Shown one piece after another: positions 10,580-18,566 of a stretch of 64,000 nt of DNA. This stretch comes from Leptolyngbyaceae cyanobacterium clean351 (GTDB lineage Bacteria; Cyanobacteriota; Cyanobacteriia; DAIDHW01): NCBI GenBank assembly GCA_027451865.1, contig DAIDHW010000001.1, positions 1,063,329 to 1,127,328 of the forward strand, written 5' to 3'. The notes under the pieces were generated by a model. It saw only the letters and a program-made list of their open reading frames with translations. It made no database searches and had not been told where the DNA came from. Position 1 is the stretch's first letter. The number at the start of each line of letters is the position of its first letter. The translations under genes and the position numbers were made by a program.

Positions 10580-12844
10580 ATGGCCACTGTTTATAGCCCA
10601 GCCACCTCCCCCCCGAAACAAAGACTCAGAGTCCCCAAGAAGCCCAAAAAAGAATACCTTTGGGTGATGCCTCACTCCGTAGAGTTCTTCACGGCACTGG
10701 CTAATTTCTTCAGGCCTGTCAGCTTAATAGCAAAATTGCTGGCCTTGTCCCTGATTGTAGTGGTGCCCGTGGGGGTGACCCTGTTTTTTAAAAATTTGCA
10801 AATAATCTTAACGGAAACAAAGTTTATCTACCAGGGGGGTATACCCTTCCTGCTACATATATTCATAAACATGTTTCTGATCGGCTTTTTTGTCAAGTTT
10901 GTCAAAAGTACAGTCTGTACCTCCTTTGGCGGCAAAGTTAAGGTTTTTGCTCTGACTTTAACCTTGGGGTTTCACCCCCGCTTCTACGTCGACCGCAAGG
11001 CGATCCTCCGGCTCCCTTGGCGTTACCGCATCATCACCTTCACTACCCCCATGTTATTTCGCTTGGGGATTATTTCCTATGCCGTCTTAATCTGGTACTG
11101 GACTCGGAACACCGGTATTGGCCTGACGGGCTCCCTAGGTACCTTTGCGCTCCTGTTAGCTCACTCCTGCTTCTTTGAGCTGCTGTTTGAGTCTACCCCC
11201 GTAGCCTCGGTGGATGGTTATTACCTATTGATCACCAGTCTAGGAATCCCGACTAACTCCCTGATGCGCACCTTTGAGGCGTTTGGCTTGATGATCAGTG
11301 GCCGTCCCCTGCCCCCTCACTTCAATTGGCGCAAGCGGCTCACCACTACTACTATCACCGTGCTCTCGGTGATTTTCCACCTATTGCTTGTGGGTGCCTT
11401 GAGCTTTCTGTGGGCCCACGGTTTTAATGACACCTACCCCGGCGTCTTGGGAGAGGGCTCAGAATATTTGTTCTATGTAATTTTCGTTACTATTGCCTTC
11501 TACCGACCGGTTAAACGGCGCGTTAAGGCCTACTGGCAGGAAAATCCCTGGCAGGGTCCAGCCTGGTTGCTGGTGGCAGGGCCGGTAGCGGTGATGACAG
11601 GGTTAGGCGTGCTTTTATTTTTGCCCTTCACCTACCAGCCCAGCGGCGATGTGCAACTGTTTGCTCCCCAAGTGGTGTCCATCCAAGCCCAGATTTCCGG
11701 AGTAGTCACCCAGGTCAACTACCCCGGGGGCACCACCCAGGTGATTCCAGCCAGCACCGTCTTAGGTACTATCACTTCTGTTGAAGTTAACAACTCCATA
11801 CTCACGACCGAAGATGCTATCCGCAAAGGCCACTCGGATATCAAGACCCTAAAATCCGAGTTGGCGCTGCTGCGCGATATCCCCCGCCCCGAGGATGTAG
11901 CAGTGGCTCAGCAGAAGGTTGCGATAGCTAACCAGGCGGTGGCTGTGGCTCAAGAGGGAGTGGCTGTGGCTGCAGCCCAACTCCGAACGGACCAGCAAAA
12001 ATCCCAGTTTAGTAGCCGCGAAGCAGCCCGTTATCAGCAGCTCTACCGGCGGGGGGTAGTATCCCTGCAGACTGAGGAGAACTTTACCAAGCAAGCTGAG
12101 GACGACCATGACCAGGTGCTTGTGGACCTAGAAGCAGTTAGTCAAGCCCAGCAGACCGTAGCCCAAAGTCAGGAAGTTTTGGCGGTGGCCAAGGGCAAAT
12201 TGCAAGAGGTACTCAGCGGTGCTGACCCGGCGGCCATTGCCCGTAAAGCCTCCCAGATGGAGGCAGCCGAGAAGAATCTGGCAAGGTTGCAGCAGGTATC
12301 TGCTTACTATCGCCAGCAGCAGTCCCAAGGGAAACTACTTATGCCCATCACCGGGCAGCTGGTCACCCCCTACCTCAATCAGAAGGTAGGCATTTACCTG
12401 AAGCAGGGTGAGACCTTCGCCTTGGCCTCCCCCATGGAGCATCTGCGCGCGGAAATGCAAGTGATCCAAACTGACAGCGCCATGGTTGAGCCGGGTCAAC
12501 TAGTACAGATTCACCTAATGGAGTTCCCAGATACTACGTTCCTTGGTCAAGTAGAGGCTCTGCAACCGCAGTTTTCTGAAGCTACTAACGAGTTGATCAT
12601 CCCCACCGATAGTTCAAGCGCTGATGACCCCCAGACTCCGCTCCAATATCTTTCACCTATTCCCTCCACTGACCCGGCTCGGGTACTGCGGGCGACCATT
12701 CGCCTGCATCCGGGCTACCCTGACTTGAAAGCTGGGATGAGTGGCTATGCCAGGATTCAGGGACCGATCCGGCCCTTTGGGGTAGCGCTCACCCACCCCT
12801 TCACCACCTTCTGGACCGTGGAGGGCTGGTCTTGGATGCCCTAG
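10580..12844 (+). CDS. Degenerate M50-like membrane domain fused to an HlyD-family periplasmic adaptor
   Basis: Multi-TM N-half with the M50-like scaffold (VCTSFGGKV...GFHPRFYVD; TPVASVDGYYLL). C-half has lipoyl halves (SIQAQISGVVTQV; LLMPITGQLV), a long coiled coil, and LKAGMSGYARI. Confidence 0.8.
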   Translation: MATVYSPATSPPKQRLRVPKKPKKEYLWVMPHSVEFFTALANFFRPVSLIAKLLALSLIVVVPVGVTLFFKNLQIILTETKFIYQGGIPFLLHIFINMFLIGFFVKFVKSTVCTSFGGKVKVFALTLTLGFHPRFYVDRKAILRLPWRYRIITFTTPMLFRLGIISYAVLIWYWTRNTGIGLTGSLGTFALLLAHSCFFELLFESTPVASVDGYYLLITSLGIPTNSLMRTFEAFGLMISGRPLPPHFNWRKRLTTTTITVLSVIFHLLLVGALSFLWAHGFNDTYPGVLGEGSEYLFYVIFVTIAFYRPVKRRVKAYWQENPWQGPAWLLVAGPVAVMTGLGVLLFLPFTYQPSGDVQLFAPQVVSIQAQISGVVTQVNYPGGTTQVIPASTVLGTITSVEVNNSILTTEDAIRKGHSDIKTLKSELALLRDIPRPEDVAVAQQKVAIANQAVAVAQEGVAVAAAQLRTDQQKSQFSSREAARYQQLYRRGVVSLQTEENFTKQAEDDHDQVLVDLEAVSQAQQTVAQSQEVLAVAKGKLQEVLSGADPAAIARKASQMEAAEKNLARLQQVSAYYRQQQSQGKLLMPITGQLVTPYLNQKVGIYLKQGETFALASPMEHLRAEMQVIQTDSAMVEPGQLVQIHLMEFPDTTFLGQVEALQPQFSEATNELIIPTDSSSADDPQTPLQYLSPIPSTDPARVLRATIRLHPGYPDLKAGMSGYARIQGPIRPFGVALTHPFTTFWTVEGWSWMP

Positions 12845-14115
12845 AAATTCACGGTCCCTGGTTTTACGCCGATCTGCGGGGGGTAGACTGGACTGGGCAG
12901 GACCGAGCCGGTGCCTGGTTGAGTGGAGCCAACCTCACCCGGGCCCAATTGGTGGGGGCAGACCTGCAGCAGGCCAACTTGGTAGGGGCTAGCTTACAGG
13001 CGGCAAACCTAGGGCAGGCGAAGCTCCAGGGAGCTAATCTGGTCCAGGCCAACCTCAGCGGTGCCAATCTCCAAGGAGCAGACCTGACAGGCGCCTACCT
13101 AGGAGAAACTAACTTCACGGCCGCCCAGCTAGGAGGAGCTAATCTCCAGGACACAGACCCTAACACTGGTAATTTCCATGGTGCCCTGGCGGACTGCCAG
13201 ACTCGCTTTCCCCCTGGCTTTATCCCCCCTGAGGCCTACTGGTTTCGACCAGGCTGCAGCTACCAGGGGTTCAACCTCCGGGGTCTGGACCTATCGCATC
13301 TGGACTTAACTGGGGTAGACCTGGCGGGGGCCTTCTGGGATGACTCCACTCGCCTACCCCCGGGGGTTTGCTGCCCGGGAGTCTGGCTGGGGCCGGGGGC
13401 TCAGCTGGCGGGTGCAAACTTGGGGGGCTTGAACCTGCAGGGGGCGGACCTAAGGGGGGCGGACTTGACTGGGGCGAAGCTAGTAGGCGCCGACTTAACG
13501 GGGGCAATCTTGGAGCGGGCGCGTCTCCTGCAGGCTGACTTGACGGGGGCAATCTTGGATCACACCCGGTTCCGGGGGGCAGTTTACGCTCCTGAAACCA
13601 GATTTCCCGAGGGCTTTGTGCCACTGGAGGCCTGCTGCATTAAGCCGGGGGCGGACCTGGCGGGGGTGGACTTAAGGGGGGCGGATCTGCGGCGGTTAGA
13701 CCTGCGGCGGGTGAACCTGCAGGGGGCCCAACTGGCGGGAGTACAGCTAGTAGGAGCTGTGTACAACCAACAGACTCGGTTCCCGGCTGACTTTACACCC
13801 GAGGGGGCCTACTGTCTGGGGCCGGGGGTTCAGCTGGCGGGGGCGGACCTTGGGGGACTAGACCTGCGGGGGGTGAATCTGAGCAGGGCTGACCTGACGG
13901 GAGCTAACCTAACTGGAACTACCTTGACGGGAGCTAACCTAACTGGAGCTACCTTGGCGGGAGCTAACCTAACTGGAGCTACCTTGACGGGAGCCCTATT
14001 TACCCAAGCCGACCTGAGCCACGCCAATCTGACTGGGGCCAGGGTTAAGGGAGCGGTGTGGGGTCAAGCCATCCTGACTGGGGCGGTCTTACCTACCGCT
14101 GAGCTTGGGAAGTGA
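12832..14115 (+). CDS. Pentapeptide repeat protein, modular
   Basis: A(D/N)LxG pentapeptide runs separated by four TR(F/L)Px(G/D) linkers. Start overlaps the upstream stop by 13 bp. Confidence 0.9.
   Translation: MDALEIHGPWFYADLRGVDWTGQDRAGAWLSGANLTRAQLVGADLQQANLVGASLQAANLGQAKLQGANLVQANLSGANLQGADLTGAYLGETNFTAAQLGGANLQDTDPNTGNFHGALADCQTRFPPGFIPPEAYWFRPGCSYQGFNLRGLDLSHLDLTGVDLAGAFWDDSTRLPPGVCCPGVWLGPGAQLAGANLGGLNLQGADLRGADLTGAKLVGADLTGAILERARLLQADLTGAILDHTRFRGAVYAPETRFPEGFVPLEACCIKPGADLAGVDLRGADLRRLDLRRVNLQGAQLAGVQLVGAVYNQQTRFPADFTPEGAYCLGPGVQLAGADLGGLDLRGVNLSRADLTGANLTGTTLTGANLTGATLAGANLTGATLTGALFTQADLSHANLTGARVKGAVWGQAILTGAVLPTAELGK
13891..13994 (+). repeat. 30-bp tandem repeat (~3.4 copies) encoding (T/D)LTGANLTG(A/T)
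   Basis: accttgacgggagctaacctaactggagct recurs with 1-2 substitutions per copy. Confidence 0.9.
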
Positions 14116-14118
14116 GGG

Positions 14119-14646
14119 TTATTCGGGGGTCGAGGTAATCACCTCGTTGGGACGGACAATCCGCTCCTGCCAGCGGAACCCCCGGCGGACCACGTGGGTG
14201 ATGGTTTGACTAGGCAGGTCAGGGCGGACCTCCCGCTCCACTACTCGGCAGGTATGGGGGTCTGGGTCCGAGGGAATTTCCAGGGGTACTACTCCACGCT
14301 TCTCTAAAAGGGTTAGGAGTTTAGAGCGCAAGCCCCCGAGGGAGCGGGGCAGGCGTCTTAAGGCAGGTGGCGCAGGGTCAGGGTTACGGGACCAGTAATC
14401 AATTAAGGGCTCAAGGCTATCGAATACTTCTAGGATTTCGAGGATCAGTTGCTCTTTTTCCGCTTGAGCATCCTTTTGGGCTTCCCGGAGGGCTCTTTCA
14501 CAGGTGGCGATTTGCTTGAGCTGATTTTGTAGGGATGCTTGCAGTTGCTCTTTGATCTGCGAGTCGAGGAGAAAAGCCCCGGAGGGTTGGGTAGGGGGTG
14601 GGTCGCAGCGGCGCCCTCTCAGGGCCTGTAACCATTTTTGAATCAT
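14119..14646 (-). CDS. GrpE-like nucleotide exchange factor
   Basis: Coiled coil, LILEILEVFDSLE helix, C-terminal beta domain DPDPHTCRVVE...TITHVVRRGFRWQERIVRPNEVIT resembling the GrpE signature. Confidence 0.8.
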   Translation of the reverse strand: MIQKWLQALRGRRCDPPPTQPSGAFLLDSQIKEQLQASLQNQLKQIATCERALREAQKDAQAEKEQLILEILEVFDSLEPLIDYWSRNPDPAPPALRRLPRSLGGLRSKLLTLLEKRGVVPLEIPSDPDPHTCRVVEREVRPDLPSQTITHVVRRGFRWQERIVRPNEVITSTPE

Positions 14647-14648
14647 AA

Positions 14649-15059
14649 TTATTCACTAAGTTTGATCAGGAGTTGCAGTTCTTCCGTCAGGACAGATTGT
14701 TCATCAACAACATCCTTTTCAGGTACATAGATGTTAGCCAATTCTGCAGCTAGGCTGTCAAACTCGGGCAAGATCTCCAGAAGAGTCTCCGGAACCGGGA
14801 TGGTTTGGGAGGTGAGCTTTTCCCGCCGGAACTTGGTCACGGCCGGTAAGACCGGAAACAACAAGTCCGCGATCAACCGCTTTTGGGGGTCTAGAAGAGA
14901 CTTTTGAGCCTCGCCGATAGCCTGGGGAGAGTAGCGCTTTTGCTTGAGAGCCGACATTTGGGCCCTGACGATTTCCTGCTTGTCGGCACTCCGTGACAGC
15001 CCCAATATATAGTAGGGGTTGGTTATGGGGGAGGAAACAGATACAGAATTTTCTGCCAT
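14649..15059 (-). CDS. J-domain-like protein lacking the HPD motif
   Basis: NPYYILGLSRSADKQEIVRA...RYSPQAIGEAQKSLLDPQKR aligns by eye to J-domain helices. Start set at ATG 15059 (alternative 15116). Confidence 0.75.
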   Translation of the reverse strand: MAENSVSVSSPITNPYYILGLSRSADKQEIVRAQMSALKQKRYSPQAIGEAQKSLLDPQKRLIADLLFPVLPAVTKFRREKLTSQTIPVPETLLEILPEFDSLAAELANIYVPEKDVVDEQSVLTEELQLLIKLSE

Positions 15060-15174
15060 TGTGGTTGATTTGGAAATCACTAGGTTGGTTCTGATGACAC
15101 GACTATCAGTGGGCATTGTGTCTGACTGAATTGCCCCATCAACATTACTTAGAGCTGATTCTTAGGGACTCGTA

Positions 15175-15193
15175 GGATGGAGCAGCTCCATCC
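15175..15193. repeat. Perfect palindrome ggatggagc-a-gctccatcc
   Basis: 9-bp arms with a 1-bp spacer, in the gap between the large repeat gene and the J-like gene. Confidence 0.7.
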
Positions 15194-15333
15194 ACTTATT
15201 CTCTAACATGTTAGTCGCCGCGGTACGTACCGGTAAGGCTTCTTGCTCTGGCGATGTAAGAGCAGACCGCCTGGTATTCCTAGGTCATTTATGAGATTGG
15301 TGAATAACCTAGTTGTTCGGTTATTAAACCAGA

Positions 15334-18300
15334 TCATTCCAGATCGTTTATATTTTTCCATAGTACTATCAGATCAAGAAAACTAGGATTACCAGAACTC
15401 ACCATTTCTAGAGCAATCTTTCTTAGTAGTTCCGCTAGAGCGTGTTTGAGTCTGGGGCTGCCGGAGGCTAGGGCCCTTTGGACGGCCTGTTGGATACTGC
15501 CCCTTGAAACCAAGGCCAGCAGGTTCTGCCACTCCCGATTTATTTGCTCAAGCTCTATGTTTTGCTTAACCAGACGAATGAGCTCAACAATCATGGGGTT
15601 ATTAGGGTCAATACTCCTGAGATGATTGAGTCTTGTTAGTCCTTCCTCTGCAGATATCTTCTCCTTAGCTAAGTCATCACGAATTTTATCAACGCTACTG
15701 CCAACATAAAGTACTTTCGCCCCAGGGGTATGCAGTAATTCATACCAAAACTTTCCCAGTTCAAGCCTTTCCTCCAGGGATCTAAGACCCTGACTAAGCT
15801 TTCCTAGTAATTCGTTGAGAGTGTTATTCCACCCGGGATTGGCATTGATCTCAGACTTTATTTTCTCGAGTACGGGGAGTGATGAACGCCAATTCCCAGC
15901 CCTTAATTGGTTGCAACCCCAGTGGTAGTTGACTAGGCTGAGGGCAAATTTAGTCACCGGTGTATTAGGGGTGGCCTTAGGCTTAATTTCCATGGCCCTT
16001 GGCACGTTGTCTTGAAGGCAAGCTGCCACGGCTACCCCCCAGGAACTATAGAGGGCCTTATAGACCTTGTCGTCATAACTCTCGCGGCCGGTGAAATTGG
16101 TAGCCCAGTCCCGGTTAAACAACCGCAGGTATAGTCCTGGGGAAAGCAGGATCGAGTTAGACCTAGGTTCGGGCCGGGGGGACATTTCCTGAACAGACAT
16201 CTCCAGGTTGTACATATCCTTGATTCGGAGGTCATTTGAGGCAAGCACCAGCTCCCCTAGGCGACTTTTCATAGTCTCGGATATTTCCGGATAGTTAACC
16301 CCTGATGGCAGCCAGGGAATATTTTTGAGAGATGGGTCTTGATCTAGATTTAGTAAGACGGTGGACAGGATGGGAATCAGGTCCATCAAGGTGCTAGGCG
16401 TAGTAATGGCCCGGTAGTAGGCAGCCACCATCAAGTTATGTAGGGTAACCGGAGTGCGAAGGGATTCTGTTTGCCAGGCCGACCAGACATGAGTAAATAT
16501 TGTCGACCAGCTCTGACTCTGCCACAGTTGCTGCTCCAACCCGGGCTTAATATGGTTCTCGAGGTTGTACTTGACGTTTGGGTAGGCGGATAGGACACTG
16601 AGGTTTTTTAGGGAAATGGTTTGAGCCGCCTGCAGATCTCCCGAATCCACCTTATTTTCGATCTCACGGACAAGATGTATTGCTTGGTTTTTGTCCAGGA
16701 ATGTCTGGAGGGAATTGAGTTTATTTTTCACTGCAGGGGCCTGGCAGTGACGCCACTGTTCAACGGCCTTAGGTAATAAGCCAACCTTAATATAGGCTAA
16801 GCCAAGGAGGTAATATTTTAGCTCCAGATCTTGAATGGGCCCCTGGGCTAGGTGCTCAACCTCTTGCACCAGCTCCTCAGTGTCTTCTCGGGTGAGTTTT
16901 GCGTCGATTAACTGCTTCACGCGGATAACTAACCGGCGCCTTGCCACCTGCTGGGCCTTGGCAGGAGTAGGAGCCAGTCGTTTATACCCTACTTGGGCAG
17001 CGCTCCAGTCCCCGGCTGCCTCAGCTGACAGAGCAGTTGCTAACTCCTGCTCAAACTTCCCCCCGCAAATCTGCAGGGTATCTTGTAACTCCCCCAGTAG
17101 GGCCTGGCCTGCGGGTCTGGGAAAGTAATTTTGAGCTAATTGCAATCTGCGAATCGCTAGCTGATATCGCCGCTTCTCGGTCAGGTCCCGCACATTGTCG
17201 ATGACCTTCTCGTAGGCCTCCTCGCGCTCAATCTGCCGGGGGAGTTCCTGAAGAATTACCCCTAGGCCTGAGCTCTCCACCCAGTCTAGGCGCCCCGCGG
17301 CTTTGGCTAAGTCGTAGGCTTTTTGGTAGAGTAGGCGGCTGTCCTTAAAAAACAGTTGCTTGTACTTCTGGTCGGCCTGGGATTTGAGGTCTGCAAATTC
17401 CTGTTCCTGCCGAGCCAAACCCGCCCTAAAGTCGGCGATTAACTGGTGACCATCAGGGCGGTCAAAGCTGCCGATGAGCTTTTCTAGGAGGGTGAGGGCT
17501 TCTTTGTACCTGGACTGCCGCGCTAATTTGTACCTGGACTGCCGCGCTAAATCCCGAGCCTGGGATAAACCTGCCTCGTAGGCCTCCTCCCGCTCAATCT
17601 GCCGGGGGAGTTCCTGAAGAATTGCCCCCAGGCCTGAGCTCTCCACCCAATCCAGGCGCCCCGCAGCTTTGGCTAAGTCGTAGGCTTTTTGGTAGAGTAG
17701 GCGGCTGTCCTTAAAAAACAGTTGCTTGTACTTCTGGTCAGCCTGGGATTTGAGGTCTGCAAATTCCTGCTCCTGCCGAGCCAAACCCGCCCTAAAGTCG
17801 GCGATTAACTGGTGACCATCAGGGCGGTCAAAGCTGCCGATGAGCTTTTCCAGGAGGGTGAGGGCTTCCTTGTACTTGGATTGCCACGCTAAACCCCGAG
17901 CCTGGGATAAACCTGCCTCGTAGGCCTCCTCCCGCTCAATCTGCCGGGGGAGTTCCTGAAGAATTACTCCCAGGTCTGAGCTCTCCACCCAATCCAGGCG
18001 CCCCGCGGCTTTGGCTAAGTCGTAGGCTTTTTGGTAGAGTAGGCGACTGTCCTTAAAAAACAGTTGCTTGTACTTCTGGTCAGCCTGGGATTTGAGGGCT
18101 TGGAATTCCTGCTCCTGCCGAGCCAGACTTGATCTAAAGTCAGCGATTAACTGGCGAACATCAGGGCGGTCAAAGCTGCCAATTAGCTTTTCTAGGAGGG
18201 TGAGGGCTTCTTGGTACCTGGACTGCCGCGCTAAACCCCGAGCCTGGGATAAAGCTGCCTCGTAGGCCTCCTCCCGCTCAATCTGCTGGGGGAGTTCCTT

Positions 18301-18549
18301 GAGAGTTACCCCTAGGCCTGAGCTCTCCACCCAGTCTAGGCGCCCCGCGGCTTTGGCTAAGTCGTAGGCTTTTTGGTACTTTTGCAGGCCCTGCTTAAAC
18401 CGTGACCGCTCACAGAGCTGATCCCCGAGGCTTCTTAATTCCTGGAACTCCTTGAGGCAAGCTTTGGTCCGCGCCGCTTTGGCCTTTTTTAGTTGCTGGA
18501 TAACTTGATAGACAACCAGGACGACCGCAGCAACTGCAATCAGGTACAT
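15334..18549 (-). CDS. Membrane-anchored large alpha-helical (TPR-like) protein with 114-aa tandem repeats
   Basis: 1071 aa. N-terminal hydrophobic helix followed by a Lys/Arg-rich stretch, repeated YQKAYDLAKAAGRLDWVESS units, and TPR-like segments (YYLLGLAYIKVGLLPKAVEQW). RBS ggag upstream. Confidence 0.85.
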   Translation of the reverse strand: MYLIAVAAVVLVVYQVIQQLKKAKAARTKACLKEFQELRSLGDQLCERSRFKQGLQKYQKAYDLAKAAGRLDWVESSGLGVTLKELPQQIEREEAYEAALSQARGLARQSRYQEALTLLEKLIGSFDRPDVRQLIADFRSSLARQEQEFQALKSQADQKYKQLFFKDSRLLYQKAYDLAKAAGRLDWVESSDLGVILQELPRQIEREEAYEAGLSQARGLAWQSKYKEALTLLEKLIGSFDRPDGHQLIADFRAGLARQEQEFADLKSQADQKYKQLFFKDSRLLYQKAYDLAKAAGRLDWVESSGLGAILQELPRQIEREEAYEAGLSQARDLARQSRYKLARQSRYKEALTLLEKLIGSFDRPDGHQLIADFRAGLARQEQEFADLKSQADQKYKQLFFKDSRLLYQKAYDLAKAAGRLDWVESSGLGVILQELPRQIEREEAYEKVIDNVRDLTEKRRYQLAIRRLQLAQNYFPRPAGQALLGELQDTLQICGGKFEQELATALSAEAAGDWSAAQVGYKRLAPTPAKAQQVARRRLVIRVKQLIDAKLTREDTEELVQEVEHLAQGPIQDLELKYYLLGLAYIKVGLLPKAVEQWRHCQAPAVKNKLNSLQTFLDKNQAIHLVREIENKVDSGDLQAAQTISLKNLSVLSAYPNVKYNLENHIKPGLEQQLWQSQSWSTIFTHVWSAWQTESLRTPVTLHNLMVAAYYRAITTPSTLMDLIPILSTVLLNLDQDPSLKNIPWLPSGVNYPEISETMKSRLGELVLASNDLRIKDMYNLEMSVQEMSPRPEPRSNSILLSPGLYLRLFNRDWATNFTGRESYDDKVYKALYSSWGVAVAACLQDNVPRAMEIKPKATPNTPVTKFALSLVNYHWGCNQLRAGNWRSSLPVLEKIKSEINANPGWNNTLNELLGKLSQGLRSLEERLELGKFWYELLHTPGAKVLYVGSSVDKIRDDLAKEKISAEEGLTRLNHLRSIDPNNPMIVELIRLVKQNIELEQINREWQNLLALVSRGSIQQAVQRALASGSPRLKHALAELLRKIALEMVSSGNPSFLDLIVLWKNINDLE
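17209..18378 (-). repeat. Intragenic tandem repeat, unit 342 bp (342, 342, 366 plus a ~120 bp partial)
   Basis: The anchor ctttggctaagtcgtaggctttttggta starts at 17301, 17667, 18009 and 18351. Confidence 0.97.
17503..17550 (-). repeat. Perfect 24-bp tandem duplication (LARQSRYK x2) nested in one repeat unit
   Basis: tttgtacctggactgccgcgctaa at 17503-17526 and 17527-17550. Confidence 0.97.
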
Positions 18550-18566
18550 AGAGCTCTCCGGTTGAG

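Noticed and set aside
15730-15744. Zinc-metallopeptidase site in the 1071-aa protein
   Set aside because: The sequence is YELLH, not HExxH, so there is no support for protease activity.
17209-18378. Repeats as a CRISPR array or mobile element
   Set aside because: The units are contiguous, in-frame and coding, with no unique spacers, cas genes, terminal inverted repeats or transposase. The same applies to the 30-bp repeats at 13891-13994.
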